A DNA stretch of 64,000 bases from Minutocellus sp. GHC0000111 (GCA_977018835.1 OZ361256.1:1984001-2048000); one strand, 5' to 3'; counted from the first letter of the stretch, positions 23,001-36,153 are shown. Made by a program: numbers and translations. Notes: a model not told the origin generated them from the letters alone.

Positions 23001-24918
23001 CATCGGCTAAGATACCACTGCTACTTGCGGTGCTACTGATGGAAAGGGCCCCGCTACTGGCAATGGTAGCGGTATCGCTAGCTAGAGCTTCGTCAACAGC
23101 GTCGTTGTCAGACGAGTGCCATCTTCCCTCTGGAACGATGGCGCCCAGCTCCTCATACTGGAGCAATGCCTCACCGGGCAATTGCATCTGCTCGTACGTG
23201 AAGGCCAAGCTCTCCTTGATCAGGAAGAAGTGTGCCAGGTCAAATGCATCTCCGGCAGTAGCCGCCGCACCACCGCCCTTGCTGGGCGAGCTAGCCGCCG
23301 CCCGCAGTGCATTGAGCCGTCTCAATTCATCGTCGTATCGGGCCACCCGCTCCCGGAAGCCGGCCACAATGGCCGAGCCCAGAGCCTGGAGTAGTGTCTT
23401 CCACTCCTGATTCTTGAGCGGACTGCACGCCGCCATGGCGCTCTGGCTGGACTCCAGCAACGACGACAGGATGACGGTCCGGCCGTTGGGAAAGTCGTTG
23501 CAGAACTTTTTGTGCAGTTCCTTTTCGTGCTTGGCGGAGTGGACGATCGGTCCCGGAGGCGGGGCGGCCGAAACGGCATTGCTATGACTCCCGGTGTCGG
23601 CCGACAGGCCGGACATGCTGCTGGCGCGGGTGTCGTCGTCGGCCCCGCTGTTGGCCTCCGTGACGGAGGCGGTGGTATCGGTAGTTACGGACTCGGCATC
23701 CGCGTTGGCCCCGCCGCTTCCACTTCCACCACTGCTGCTGCCGACGGTCGGTCCGACGCCGGTGCCCATCCGCTCGGCATGGGCCGCCACGTTCCGCGCC
23801 CTGGCCAGCCGATTGCGCAGACCAAGTCCACCGCCACCTCCACTGCGCTGCTCGCCACCGCCACCACCACTGGCATTGTCGTCCTGGTTGTTCCCGGCAC
23901 CGGAATCACCGTCATTGTCAGCATCTCCTCCATCACCACCCTCATCCCCCCCTTTCTTCCGATCCGATATGGGCACATAAACAATGAGATATTGGCTGGA
24001 GTAGTTCCCCCCACCGACGGCACCGGCGGTAGCCGCCGCCATGGCGGCGGACCCATTCCGATCCAGGCCGGCCGCGCTGCTTCGTTTGGAGGAGGTGCCC
24101 TTCCCACCGCCCTTGCCACCAGACCTGTCGCTATCGCCCTTGGCATCGGCGGCGGCAGCCGAATCGACCGCCAGTCCCGATCCGGCTCCCTCCACCTGAC
24201 TGACAAAGGCCTGGAGGGCCGGACGGACGCGGGCGCGGTAGTGGTCGATGTCGCGGCAGGCGGCGACGTAGACGTGACAGTACGGTCCGTGGTGCCACTC
24301 GGCCGGATCGCTGCTGCCGCTGCAGCTGGTTTTGCTCGGGGAGGCATTGTTGGCACTCGAACTTCCACTTCCACCTTCACCAGTGCCGCCGGCACCGGCC
24401 AGATACGGCCGGACCGGCAGCACCTCGATCGATTCGGCTGTTCCCGTCCGGAGGTTGCGATACGGCACCCCGTGGAGGGTGCAGGCGTAGTCTCGCTCCA
24501 GGATGGTTTGGATCTTGTCGTACAGGTTGCGTCCCTTTTCGTGCTCGACGCTCAGGCCCGTGACGCGCCGAGTTCCGCAGGGTGTGTTGCTACTATTGTT
24601 GGTATTATTATCGGCGCCGGCGGGAGTTGGCGGTGGCGTGGACGGATCAATGAAACTCACGGACGCGGCCGAAGCGAGCAGCTGCAGGGCGGCATTCTCG
24701 CCGTCGGCGGATGATGCCTTGTTGCTGCTAGTGCCAGAGGCGGCGGCAGCATTTGGGTCTCCACTGCCGCCGATGATTCCCGGCATGAGGCCGCCCGCGC
24801 TCTGCCGCCGCATGCTGCCCGACATTGACCGCTGCTGGGTGAGGGTGGAGAATCCGTGGGCCAAATGTTTGTGCAAGGCGGACGAATTTGACGAGGAGGC
24901 ACCGGCACCGCTCTTCAT
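20036..24918 (-). CDS. TRAPPC10: TRAPP II subunit TRAPPC10/Trs130 homologue (frame break near 21590)
   Basis: PYCHVYVAACRDIDHYRARVRP; FFLIKESLAFTYEQMQLPGEALLQYEEL; QYLYARE; C-terminal WILGGRV..VGIPTQSG. Confidence 0.85.
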
Positions 24919-25373
24919 GGAAGAAGGGGTGGATCATCGTTGCTTTCCGCTTTCCTCAGGTTGCGCAGCACTGGTGCCTTTTGTGCTGGTTTTGCATACA
25001 GTCAAGACACGAGATGTGCCGGAATGAAGATACGATCAGTCAATCCACTGGCCTGGCAGAATGAGTTGCGGTGGGCCAAAGGCGAATTGCAGAATGTGCC
25101 GTATCTTATTGCTCTCGGCCTTGAGGTATGATACCATATCATTCCTGCGCTGGAACGCACGGCGTTTTCATTCAGTACAAAGGGTACTTTTGAGGTTTTA
25201 GTATCTTTCTCTTCGACGTCGCGTCAAATGCGAACCACCGCTGCTGAAGTGCGAACCCTGAAAGACAATCAGTTCAACACGACACAGGCAGGATCCAAAC
25301 TGTGAATGGCAATTGCAAAGCGGGACGATCACAACAACATGATATCGCAATATCAACACACGTCAGAAAAGCG

Positions 25374-26445
25374 ATGAAAGCCACAATATTCAAACGTAGT
25401 AGTATTCTCCCCCTCCTGCTCTCCGTCTTCACGAACGCCCAGCAGCCCCAGCTGATCATGCTAAGCAACGGTCGCGATCCCGTCACCAACGACGAGCTCT
25501 GCGTCGCCGCCGAGGCATGTGAGAAGGGATCGTGCGGCATGCTGACGGCAGGTTCGACCCTCACACTGTCGAGGTGCCATCGAATCAGTCAAGCCCAGCG
25601 GTGGCTCACCAATGGAAGGAGGATTCGAACCGTCCACGCACCGGAGGAGTTATGCGTTCATTATTCCGGCAGCAATAAGGGACCCGAAGAAAAAGCAAAA
25701 GTGGAAACGAAGCAAGGTTACCGGCCATATAGTTCCCAAGAAGAAGACCAGCATGTGCCTGACCTACGCGAAAGAATCACCGTCAAGCCCAAAGAGTGGG
25801 GACGTGGTCAACGTGGAGAAATGCGATCCATCCTCAAGTGCTCAGGAGTGGGACTTTGTCGACCCGGCCGATTGCCTATGCTTGGATGGGCTGGCCAAGA
25901 ATTGTTCCGTGCCTGCATATTCAGTGGTAGAGAAGCCGGCGAAGAAGTGTGGTGATATGTCCCTGAATGGCAACCCTCATGCCTATTGGAATAATCGAAA
26001 TTTTAATATTCACACCGATCAGAGACCATGCTCAACGGATGCCGAGGGATATGCGTTGGTTAGTCGAAAACGAGACGCAGATATTGAGATTGAGCTGGGA
26101 GATGGCCAACCGACACTCTACTTTTCATCCAGCGCCACGATGGGACCAGACGATAGGCAGTGGGGCGCAGGAGAGGTGTGGGCAATGTTTACAGATGAAT
26201 CTGGAGATCTCATTGATCCGAAGCAAGAAAATGTGCCATGCGTTCGATTCTACTCGGAAGGCGAATGGAAAACCTTGCAAGCAGACGATACTGATCACGA
26301 CTTTCCAGACCGCAACGACTACAAATTTGGCAGTCTGGAATGTTGCGAGCAAAATTGGCCATCTAATCGCCGCTTCTTTATCATTCAGGATGGAACTCTC
26401 ATTGGTGTGTGCGGTATGAATGACAACAGGGTACGAAGCTGCTGA
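25374..26445 (+). CDS. Secreted protein with ricin-B lectin-like (QxW) repeats; frameshift near 25620-25680
   Basis: Signal peptide ILPLLLSVFTNA; C..SQAQRW and CLTY..EKCDPSSSAQEWDF in two frames. Confidence 0.55.
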
Positions 26446-26525
26446 GGGCAACTGATGCATACATAGATTATCACCTATTTAATATAGATGGACCCAACCC
26501 CCTTCAGTCAAATCGTACTAGCTAG

Positions 26526-27125
26526 TTAGGAGGACCTAGCCTTCTCCGATAGCTCAATGATGTTCTTGAGACCATGTTCAGTTCCACCAACCACTGCCTT
26601 CGAATTGAAAGTGCTAAATAAAGTTCCAAGCAATCCCTTCATTCCAAATTTGTACTGTACGAGAGTTTCATTTGGACCCTTCTCATCAAGAACAATGGTG
26701 CCTGTAAACTTCATCAGCCCTCCCGCGGCCGACCCCTTGAACATGAAGCGCTCATTCTCCACCACGTCAACACAAACTATCGGCAACTTTCCTCCGCCGC
26801 TTTCTTTCTTCATGACAAAGGTCGCTTTTGCACCTTCTACCAATCCCGCGGTTTCGTCGATATCCTCCATCCGCAGCACATCGGGATCCCAAACGTCGAA
26901 TTTCATGTGTTGGAAGCACTGTATTTTGACCAATATTGTCGCAATGATTTGCATGATTTGATGGTGGCAAGAAAGGAGGTGAAAGTAGATCAGATGCGTG
27001 AGAACAATCATACGAAAAGCAGTGCGTCTCCTCGCTCAGAATCTGCAATATTCAGCAAGACGTACCGTGCTCCATATTGTTGCAGCGGATGCCTTGCACG
27101 TGCCATCTCTTTCGACTACTCCCAT
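26526..27125 (-). CDS. SRPBCC/START-fold (polyketide cyclase-like) protein, 2 exons
   Basis: MGVVERDGTCKASAATIWST|gtacg...tacag|CFQHMKFDVWDPD; C-terminal helix GTEHGLKNIIELSE. Confidence 0.75.
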
Positions 27126-27370
27126 GTTAGCTCTGGCTCTTCTTCAACTCGGCGGCAGAGTGGGAAGTGGGAAGAAGACTGAGCCATTTGCTGGCTTGCG
27201 GTGACACCCGGATATACCAACCCTTCGCTTGCCGCGCGCTTGCCACATGGCCTACTAGGCCTAGGTACGGCTGCCATGCATCGACCGATGCGCACCGTGC
27301 GAAGCAACAAGCATGGATGCACCGTTAGCGTTGCTTGCACAGTGGCCGCACACATAAATATCACAAAAAC

Positions 27371-29320
27371 ATGTCAGCATCTCGCTCGAATAAGGGGTAT
27401 GGTGCGCCCGTTCAACAGGGTGACGAGACGGCACCAAATGATGCCCCGGACACGCTGTCGCAGACGAAGACGAAGGGCCTCATCAAGAGCAGCCTTTTGA
27501 CGATGACGATGATTATGTTGCCGATGAGATGAAGCAAATTTCCGGGACAAATGAAACGTTATCTTACGAAGACAGCACTCGCAATCGCAGATGTCGAAAG
27601 GCTGCGCTGATAGGTCTCATTGGCCTCACCTTTGCGGGTTCGGCTCTGGCTGTAGCCCTCGTTGGTGGGGAGTCCCACAAGACTTCCTCGGGTCAAGGTC
27701 CCGACGCGAACCAATATGTAAACGCAGATGGCAGAGACTATTCCTATGGGCCGCCACAGGATTGGGGCAAGAGTTCCTGTGGCCGAGCCACTGCGGAGCT
27801 CTCCACGTTGACACATATCCAACCCGTCGAAGGCTCGCCGATAAGTCGGATTGCCTTCGCAAGCTGTTTTCGGCCATACCTGCAAGTTTCGGACGCCCTT
27901 TGGAGGCACATGCGTGAAACCTTTCAGCCAGACTTATTCATTTGGTTGGGGGACAATATGTGTGCGTACGAGATGCGCTTCATGAGGCGTGGTCGTCACT
28001 TCAATACTCCAAGGCCATACAATTGTACTTACCCACTTATCTCTCTTATTTATTTTCGTGTTATCCATTTAACCCTTCAGATTTGGATACACATACTTCC
28101 ATGAATGACAAGCGAAGGTCATACAATCAGGCAAAAGAAGACCAATATTATTCCCGATTCGGTCCGGTAGCCGAGCCAAAGATACCGACGGTGGCCATTT
28201 GGGATGATCATGACTTTGGAGAAGACAATATGGGGAAGGAGTATCCATGCTTGGCAAGTTCCCAAAACGAGTTTGTTAACTTTTTCAACCTCCCTTCGAC
28301 GGATCCTCGCCACCCAGGGCAGGGTTCCAAACAGCAATTTGGTATCTACAGCAGCCACATGTTTTCCGTGCCGCAAAATCCCGACCAGAATGGCATTCAC
28401 ATCATCAATCTTGACAATCGGTCGCACCGGTCTCCAACATTTGCCGAGCACTGTCCCTGCCAGGGAGCTAGCTCCACTATGCTGGGAGCTGCGCAATGGA
28501 AATGGCTTGAACAAGAGCTACTGGGTAAAAAGTCAGTGATTAAATTGGTATCGTCAGGTGTGCAGGTGCTCCCTCCAACAAACAAAGATCGACCGGCAGA
28601 AGAATATTGTGCTTACGATGGGGAAGACGGAACGTTTGTAAGGTCAACGATGGATATGGAGGAGGACGGTCCAGAAGCAGAAGGGACGAAATATGAAGGG
28701 TGGGGAGAGATGCCCGCTGAAAGAGCGCGATTACTCCGAATCGCACAAAAATCGATTAACACCGGACAGGCGGAGCATGTAATCTTTCTCACGGGTGATC
28801 AACATTGGGCTGAGCTACAAGCCAAGGAATTAGTGATTCGGAAGACGCGGGACCATCACGCATTTTGTTCAGCGTGACTGCGTCTGGAATCGATCAGCAT
28901 TATGCCGAATCTGTGCCCAATCAGAATCGGCTGCGAGTCCGCACTGCTGATAAAAGAGGAAATGGGTCCTTCGTAGAGGAATGTAACTTTCCATTCGTTG
29001 TTGACGGGAAAAGTTACGACGACTGTGTCGACGTGTTCGGTAGTGGCACTCCGGGATGTGCTATAAGGACGAACCCTAATAATGAGATGATTGATTGGGG
29101 GGACTGCCTTGAGGCAAAGGAAGAGTTAGTGGCAAGGAATGACATGACATATGGCAAAACAAATATTTGTACCGACAATTTTCACCACACGTGTGCAGCT
29201 CAGGCCAACTATGGGGGCCTCGTTGTTGACTGGGAGGCTGGCAATATTGAAATATCTCTCTTCACACCACATGAGAACGAGCAAGTTGCTTCCTCTGTGA
29301 GAATTGATTTGTATAATTGA
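27371..29320 (+). CDS. PhoD-type alkaline phosphatase with N-terminal TM anchor and C-terminal fibronectin type II-like module (intron about 27961-28080; frame breaks)
   Basis: RIAFASC, FIWLGDN, IWDDHDFG, LDNRSHR, MLGAAQWKWLE, FLTGDQH; CNFPFVVDGKSYDDC..WGDC. Confidence 0.85.
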
Positions 29321-29381
29321 ATAATATGTGAATTGAAATGATGTTGATATTCTTTTTTAGACACTGTGTTGGATTCAGTTA

Positions 29382-30422
29382 CTATCGATGCATCCAAACA
29401 CGCGATACTACAGTTTCTTCCGCCAAGGCACCTTGTGTTGCCTCAGGAGCCGATAATTTGATGGTTCTCATTTGATGATCCCTCCTTCGCTCGTTGCCAA
29501 GAAGCCATATCTTCGCCGCCTTTACTTCGTCGGTATCTTGCCTGATGTCCTGGATTTGATTCGCATTCCAATCAGATTTTGCGTTGCATTGTATCTCATC
29601 GCTAGATCCGCCTTTGTATGCTTCTGTGTCATCTCCTTTGTGTCCCTCCCCAATGTTCAAGCTGACCCCTGTCGGTGCTCCTTTTGTCCATACGTTGAAC
29701 AATATCACCGACCTACCCCATTCCTCTTCCGGTTCATAGACTGCAGATCCCATTACGAATGGAAGAAACCAGAGGTTATGCGGCCGAGGAACCGCATGAA
29801 GAGCTGATCCTGGAAATCGAAGCAACCTCCCGTCTTTTGCTGGGACAATGAGAAGCTCTATTTTGTCGTCTTGGCTGCTTGCTTCGGAGCATGTTTGATC
29901 TCCCTTGAGCAATTCTCCACCACTTCGTCTACCAGGCCAAACACAGGTAGGTCCCCTGACCTCGCTTCCAACCTGCAAATACAAAACATGTCCAAACTTT
30001 GGATACCGATACCCATCAGGACCCAACGCGGCTATAGCAGGTGCCTCCGATGAGGAATCCTCCTCCTTGGCGCGAAACTCGTCCACATCGGCATGTGCCT
30101 CGATTGACCGCCACTCCTGCCGACTCCAATATTCAACGTAGGTGATATCGTTGCCGTCATCACCGTCCATTTCCAGCAAGATCTTATCCAACGCCCGTTC
30201 GATTGGGTTGTAGATGCCGTCAGCCTTCAAAGGCCGGGCAAACGCACGATGTCCAAGGCCAACTGCCTTCGCGGATTCATGAAGTGTGGAGGCGGCTTCG
30301 GACAAGACGCCATCATAGACTTCAATTGCTGGTGGATTAGAGGAAGAAGAGAAGGCAAGAGCGACGCGGGTTAACAATAGACTTGCCGCGAGAAGCGGCA
30401 GGTGGAAGGAGCAAGAGGCCAT
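29382..30422 (-). CDS. Probable plastid-targeted 2OG-Fe(II) oxygenase-like protein
   Basis: Signal peptide ending ALA-FS; EYWSR..HADVDE, HVLYL, GRLLRFPGSALHAV..RSVILFNVW. Confidence 0.65.
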   Translation of the reverse strand: MASCSFHLPLLAASLLLTRVALAFSSSSNPPAIEVYDGVLSEAASTLHESAKAVGLGHRAFARPLKADGIYNPIERALDKILLEMDGDDGNDITYVEYWSRQEWRSIEAHADVDEFRAKEEDSSSEAPAIAALGPDGYRYPKFGHVLYLQVGSEVRGPTCVWPGRRSGGELLKGDQTCSEASSQDDKIELLIVPAKDGRLLRFPGSALHAVPRPHNLWFLPFVMGSAVYEPEEEWGRSVILFNVWTKGAPTGVSLNIGEGHKGDDTEAYKGGSSDEIQCNAKSDWNANQIQDIRQDTDEVKAAKIWLLGNERRRDHQMRTIKLSAPEATQGALAEETVVSRVWMHR

Positions 30423-30646
30423 CGTCTGCATGCTGGAAAAAATGAGCTCGTTTGCAGGTGACGGGCGAAGGTCAGAGCGCGCAAAAATTCCCAAGTTTAC
30501 CCGCAGGGCAAACTTTACCCGCGGAAAGAAAAAGAGGAAAAAGAAGGAAAAGGGAGCGAAATGATAAAAGCATCTCTGCTCGGCGAGTCTACATGTAACT
30601 ACCGGTAACTTCATGTTTACTACATGTGTTGGTAATGAATGATTAC

Positions 30647-33049
30647 TTATTTACGAAACATCCCAAAAAGACCCCCATTGGACCTCGGCCATGCATTGTC
30701 TGGTAATTTCTGGGCATTCGCTCCCACTCCTAGCACCTGCGCTGTCAACCTGCTTTTGGTGAGATTCTTATTCATCTTGCTTGCCAACCACCGACGGACT
30801 TCAAGATCTAAAGCCTTTCCTTTTGCCACTAGTTCGGCCTCATCGATCTCGGCTGCTCTAAACACATCATCCTGATCTTTTGTGACAGCTGCATCAACCA
30901 CACGCATTGCCAACTTATATTTTGTCTTTTCATTGCGATCAAAAGCCCTGGGAAGTATTGCCAGCGGCGGAGGCATGGATTCATGCGACGACCCTGACTT
31001 CAGCTTTCCAGATCGAGCCAGTTCTATTACTATTTCGCTCATGAGCGGCCACTTATTCTTCTTTTTGCCCCCAGCGCTGCTGACAGTTGACAACTGCTCC
31101 GTCGTTGGTAGCGGTGGAGGCCGAAGAGCCGTCGGTAGCGGTGGCGCTCCTCCAACCATTCTCCTTGCTATGGCAACCGGCGATACTGCAATGGCAGATA
31201 TTGCGGTGCCGATAATGCCAGAACCTCCAGCGGTGCGCTGCCGCACGTTTCGGCCAGGGGATCGCGGTGGGGATGGCTCTCTTCGTCGGATGGTGCCACC
31301 GGCAGGTCTACTGGTACCAGCAACCGCCGAATCAACACCACCAGAAGCAATCAATGGCACCGATGTTCCATTTAGCGCCCTTGCATCCGATTTTTGTAGC
31401 TGAGTCTCAAGGTGACATGTTGTTCTTGCGTTGGTTGCTGCCAAAGCCTTCAAATCGGCAATCTCCTTCCGCAAATCTGATACTAAACGATTGTTTTCAG
31501 CTACCACAGTAGCAAGCTCCTCCTCAGCGGATGAATACGGTGCATTGATGGCCTTGAAATCATCTGCCACCTTCCTTGACCACCCCTTCAATTGAGACAG
31601 ATCAATACCGAGCTCGTCCCCCACATTCATCATCCGACGAACGGCAGGGCCTGCAACTCCAAGAAAAGACAGCTTCGTCGAAAAATTCATAATGTTGGTG
31701 GCCAGCACCTCCCGTACCAGCTGCCGTAGCCTCCCTCCAGCCTTGAAATCAGGCATTGTCATTGGATATAATTTGTCTGCAAACCGATCCAAAAGAGCCA
31801 TGTCGTCAGGCAAAGTGCTGATGGCAATGAGCCGAGGAGGACGGTGGGACTTCCGAGGAGAGGGATGGCCAGCAAGAGACCTCATTGGCACATGTTGCAT
31901 CGCCCGCCGAGATAGCACGTAGTGCCTGGTGTTATCAGCAGGAGCGTGGCCTGATCGTGCCGTGAGCTCTGGATGATTCACCGACGGATCTTCGTGATGG
32001 TGGGTAGTGCCGCCGTATCGCATGCTTCGACCAGATATGCTGTCCCGTATTGAATCCGGCAGATCATCTCGCAAGGTTTCGGTGAGGGTCTTGGAAGTCC
32101 AGGAATCGCTTCGAGCCTGGCACATCGGTACAACAAAGGCCTGGAGAAAACCTATATTGCCAGAGGAGTTGCAGGTACGAGAGAGGCCACCATCGACGCT
32201 CCAGTGGTCACCAAGGGCATCAAATACACAAGTCTCCCACCGGTCATAATCTGTACAGAAGGTAGTCGGCCTGGTCGTGCCATTCTTCAAGTCCTTCCAG
32301 TCAGCAGCAGCACAATTACCGACGGGATCATATGTCATGCCCTGGTAGTTGAGATATTTCACCTCCCCGGACCGGCCATCGGCGGCATATGTCAAGTTGA
32401 GAGCAAGGCGTCGCTGGTGCTTGTCGCCGAGCTTGCTGGTTTTCAGTAGCTTGCGATTGATGGTGACCATGTCGGGAACATCGTCGGCAAATGGACTGGT
32501 GCTGACACCGTCGTGTCCTTCAATAACACCAGCATCGGGGTTGAGGCGAACGATGCCGATCTTGCCGGGTACTTCGTCGACACCAGATGTGCCACGGACG
32601 CTGTCTCTCTCCAGCTTCTTGACGAGCGCGCCCTTGGAGAGGGTGAACCAGGTCTCGTCGGTCCAGTCGACGTGGGGGCCGAACCGGTCCTTCAGGTACT
32701 CCTTGATGAGGCCGAAGCCGTTGCCGACGCCGTCAGCCTTGAGGAGCTTGTCCCGGTTGTTCATGTACCTCGGAGGGTTCGTCGACATGTACTCGGCCCA
32801 AGAGCACATAATTGATTCGATGTCGCCGGGCGATGCGACGTCTTCGGGCGTCAAGTCGTCGACAAAGGGAAGACCGATATGCTGAAGATATGCATTGAAT
32901 CGGGTCTTGTACGATGATAACTCGGGTGGTGCCCTTGGGACTGCCGTGCGGCGAAGGCCGGCGGTGGCGTTCGTGGCGGCGGTAGCAGCAGTAGTAGCGG
33001 CGGCCATGGTGTCAAAAGACTTCTGTTTTTTATTTTGGCTCGCAGCCAA
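30647..33049 (-). mobile_element. Crypton-like tyrosine recombinase ORF (800 aa, intact); element ends not identified
   Basis: YR catalytic-type motifs DGRSGEV, KDLKN, GRSMRYGG, ARSGH, NTRHY; no RT nearby. Confidence 0.75.
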
Positions 33050-33275
33050 GATGCGCTTTCAGTTGGTGCTTGGCATCGCGGGGAAAATCTTGAAGTCTTC
33101 TCGCAGCAAACATGCGAGCCAAACTTTACCCAGGAATCCCCCCGAAACACCCGGGTAAAGTTCGGAAGCAAGGCGCAAAAAGATCGCGTCAACAACACAA
33201 AGCAGGGGTGGCGAAGAGAATAAGATTGGCTGAGCACACTAATGTACGGCTCGTCAAGAGAGCGAATATTGAAAT

Positions 33276-34793
33276 ATGTCCAAGAAGACAATAATATTGC
33301 TATGCCAGCATCGCATCAGAATAATTTTTATACTGTGTGCTGTATTTGTCTTGCCTTCTATCACCGCCGTATCTTCGACCGCTACTTTGACATCTCCGCC
33401 CGTACGCCAGATTCCATTATGTGGATCACTGCCTGCAAATAAAGCCACTTCCTTGGGTGGAGCGTCTGCGCGTGGGCAGAAGAGTTTGGATATCCAAAAG
33501 GGAGTTGTTGGTATTAGGGGTGGGGCCATAGCATCGTCGGAAGAGAACCGCCTTTCACAATGCACCAGGCAAAGGTTGACCGTCCTTCTCGTGGCAACCG
33601 CCCTGTTCAATGATATGCTGCAGCTCACAATGCTCCTACCAATCATACACACACTGGTGACAAGTCCACCGCCGTTAGGTGTAGAGGGAAATAGCGAGCT
33701 TGCGCTTGGCGTCTTCTTTGCCTCGAAGGATATATGCCAAATGGCAATGGCTCCTGTGGCTGGGGTGCTTACCAGCAAGACATCGCCAAATGTAGCCCTT
33801 CTCCTCTCGACCGTCGGTCTTGGGCTGGCAACTGCCGTGTTTGCTGAAGCGACAACATTTTGGCAGCTTCTCTTTGCCAGAGGGGCACAGGGCGCGGCTT
33901 CGGCGGCTGTATTGTGTGGAGGGATGAGCCTCATTGCCGAAACCCATTCCGCGAACATTCGAGGGTCAGCCATCGGTTTGGCACAGACAGGCCTTGCTGG
34001 CGGCTTGCTCTGCGGACCGTTAATTGGCGGTCTTCTATTCGAGCGACTGGGACGAAAGCAAACTTTTCGCTTGGCGGCGATGATCGTCCTGGCGAATGCC
34101 CTTGCTCAACTTATTTTGATGAGCTTTGCTCCTCCAGAGAGGCATATTACAGCAGAAAATGCCGACCAAGAGGGTAAACGAAAGCAGAATAATGGAGAAG
34201 AGACGACTATTTTGGCGTCATCACGCTTACTGCTTACCAATCGCGACATTTTGGCTGTCACCGCGTCTACATTTGCAATTCACGCAGTTGTGGGCGTAAT
34301 CAAGCCTCTTTCGCAGGTCGTGCTGGATCGAGAATTTGGTGTTTCAATGGTACATCGCTCGCTCATCATCTCGATTGCAACAGTGACCTACTTTATCTCA
34401 ACTCCTATTTCGGGTTGGCTCAGCGACCACATGTCACGACCGCACCTGGTTGCTCTAAGTTTGGGGGTGATGGCATTGTCAGCAGTTTCTTTTGCCCTTC
34501 GCAGTAGTTTTGGTATGTTGGCATTCAATATTTCTGTTGGTCTGCTTGGGACAAGTATGGGAGTCGCTGGCAGTTCCAGCCAAAGCTTACTGGCAGATCT
34601 TGTCGACCACAATAATATCGGGAGCTATTCGATGGCATATGCTTTGTCAGATGTTGCAGATTCGCTTGGATTGATAGTTGGGCCCATTGTCTGTTTGTTT
34701 TTGAGTCAACATTTCGGTGCGAGCTCGGGCGTGATGTCTGTTGCAACATTATGTGTCCTTCTCACACCCATCATACTGAGAATCAAGCCGTAA
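33276..34793 (+). CDS. MFS transporter (SLC18/DHA1-like)
   Basis: LFNDMLQLTMLLPII, GVFFASKDICQ, ARGAQGAAS, RGSAIG, GWLSD; about 12 hydrophobic segments. Confidence 0.88.
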   Translation: MSKKTIILLCQHRIRIIFILCAVFVLPSITAVSSTATLTSPPVRQIPLCGSLPANKATSLGGASARGQKSLDIQKGVVGIRGGAIASSEENRLSQCTRQRLTVLLVATALFNDMLQLTMLLPIIHTLVTSPPPLGVEGNSELALGVFFASKDICQMAMAPVAGVLTSKTSPNVALLLSTVGLGLATAVFAEATTFWQLLFARGAQGAASAAVLCGGMSLIAETHSANIRGSAIGLAQTGLAGGLLCGPLIGGLLFERLGRKQTFRLAAMIVLANALAQLILMSFAPPERHITAENADQEGKRKQNNGEETTILASSRLLLTNRDILAVTASTFAIHAVVGVIKPLSQVVLDREFGVSMVHRSLIISIATVTYFISTPISGWLSDHMSRPHLVALSLGVMALSAVSFALRSSFGMLAFNISVGLLGTSMGVAGSSSQSLLADLVDHNNIGSYSMAYALSDVADSLGLIVGPIVCLFLSQHFGASSGVMSVATLCVLLTPIILRIKP

Positions 34794-35010
34794 TTGACTA
34801 ATAACGCTGCGATTGTGTACCTAGAGACTAGCTACCCTAGGTCCTAGCTACATTAGAGTAGCTATGGGAGCATTGAGCAGTATCATGCTGGGAAAAATGA
34901 GCTCGTTTGCAGTGAGCACGGTTGAAGAACAGACAGATTTTCAGATTTTCGCTCATTTCATTTTCCAGGTCGAGGAGCAGATCCACGTTCCGTTCCGTTT
35001 GCATTGCAAT

Positions 35011-36153
35011 ATGTCCGCCTCTCCCATGAAGATTGACGGCATCGGCGCCGCTGACGCCGAAGAAAATCCATCAGAGATGGTGGTGGCTAATGCAGGCGAT
35101 TCCGCCAAGGGCATATCTCGTGCAAGAACCAGCACAAATAAAGTACCGCTACCCTTGGGCTGGACACAAATCCGCCGTCGTCCTCCCGCTTCTCTTCCCG
35201 GCGAAGATGGTGGTGTCAAACCATTGATGAAAACTCGCATCAGTGACAATCTTGGATTTAGTATGAAGGGCATTTCCAGAGAGGACCCCGATGGCAAGAC
35301 CAGCAGCAACTATCGAGTCGAATTGACTGCCGATACCTACTGTTGTCCCGATCCCACGTGCATTCGGAACCTTTCCCAGGTGGCCGCCGACTCGGCCGAT
35401 ACGGCAGCATCCGTCGCTGCGTATGTCGCCAGCGGTGGGCCGCCCGTTGCGACCCTCCAGGGCATGTCGGTCTTGCTCCTCCCCTCGATTGAGAGCCGGT
35501 GGTTCCAGGGACACTTTGTCCCTCAGTCGACCCACCTGAACGGATCGATCAAACGCTCGACGAATTTTGGGTCCATCCGACCCATTGGTCTGTTGGCCGT
35601 GGAGCGCGATGATACGGACGAATGCCTACAGTGCCGTGATGGAGGATATCGCGAGGTGGACCTCACCATCCTCGGACCTAGTGGTGGAGCGGGCGGCAGG
35701 AAGCGCCGTACCTTCGATCGATCGATTTGTACGGGTGGTGACATGATTCGTCTTCGTGCTGGGAGGATGGCGGATCAAGATCCCACTCGGCCTACCTCGC
35801 CTAGTATTGAGGGAGTTGCCTTTGATGCCGAGCGTGTTCTGACGGGGCGCAAGGCCGCACCGTACTTGGTCCGATATTTCTCCAGCATTGTTACCAAAAT
35901 GATGGAGGAGAATGCTGCAAGCGGCAATGATGGTGGAGGTAGGGAGGAAATGGTCAGCCCTGTCGGAGTGGATGGGCTGACATGCCATGAAGTCAAGGCT
36001 CTGGAGGCGCTTCCTGATTGTGCCATCATCCTGGGTGAGATGATATGCACTGTGCCTGTGAGTCTGTTGGGTAATACTGGTGGTGGAATGATCGGCGAAA
36101 AGAAAAAGGGAGGCCATAACGATGATGATTCTGATGGTTTCATGAGTGACTAG
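35011..36153 (+). CDS. Hypothetical protein
   Basis: Long clean ORF with intergenic-type flanks; no recognised domain. Confidence 0.6.
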   Translation: MSASPMKIDGIGAADAEENPSEMVVANAGDSAKGISRARTSTNKVPLPLGWTQIRRRPPASLPGEDGGVKPLMKTRISDNLGFSMKGISREDPDGKTSSNYRVELTADTYCCPDPTCIRNLSQVAADSADTAASVAAYVASGGPPVATLQGMSVLLLPSIESRWFQGHFVPQSTHLNGSIKRSTNFGSIRPIGLLAVERDDTDECLQCRDGGYREVDLTILGPSGGAGGRKRRTFDRSICTGGDMIRLRAGRMADQDPTRPTSPSIEGVAFDAERVLTGRKAAPYLVRYFSSIVTKMMEENAASGNDGGGREEMVSPVGVDGLTCHEVKALEALPDCAIILGEMICTVPVSLLGNTGGGMIGEKKKGGHNDDDSDGFMSD

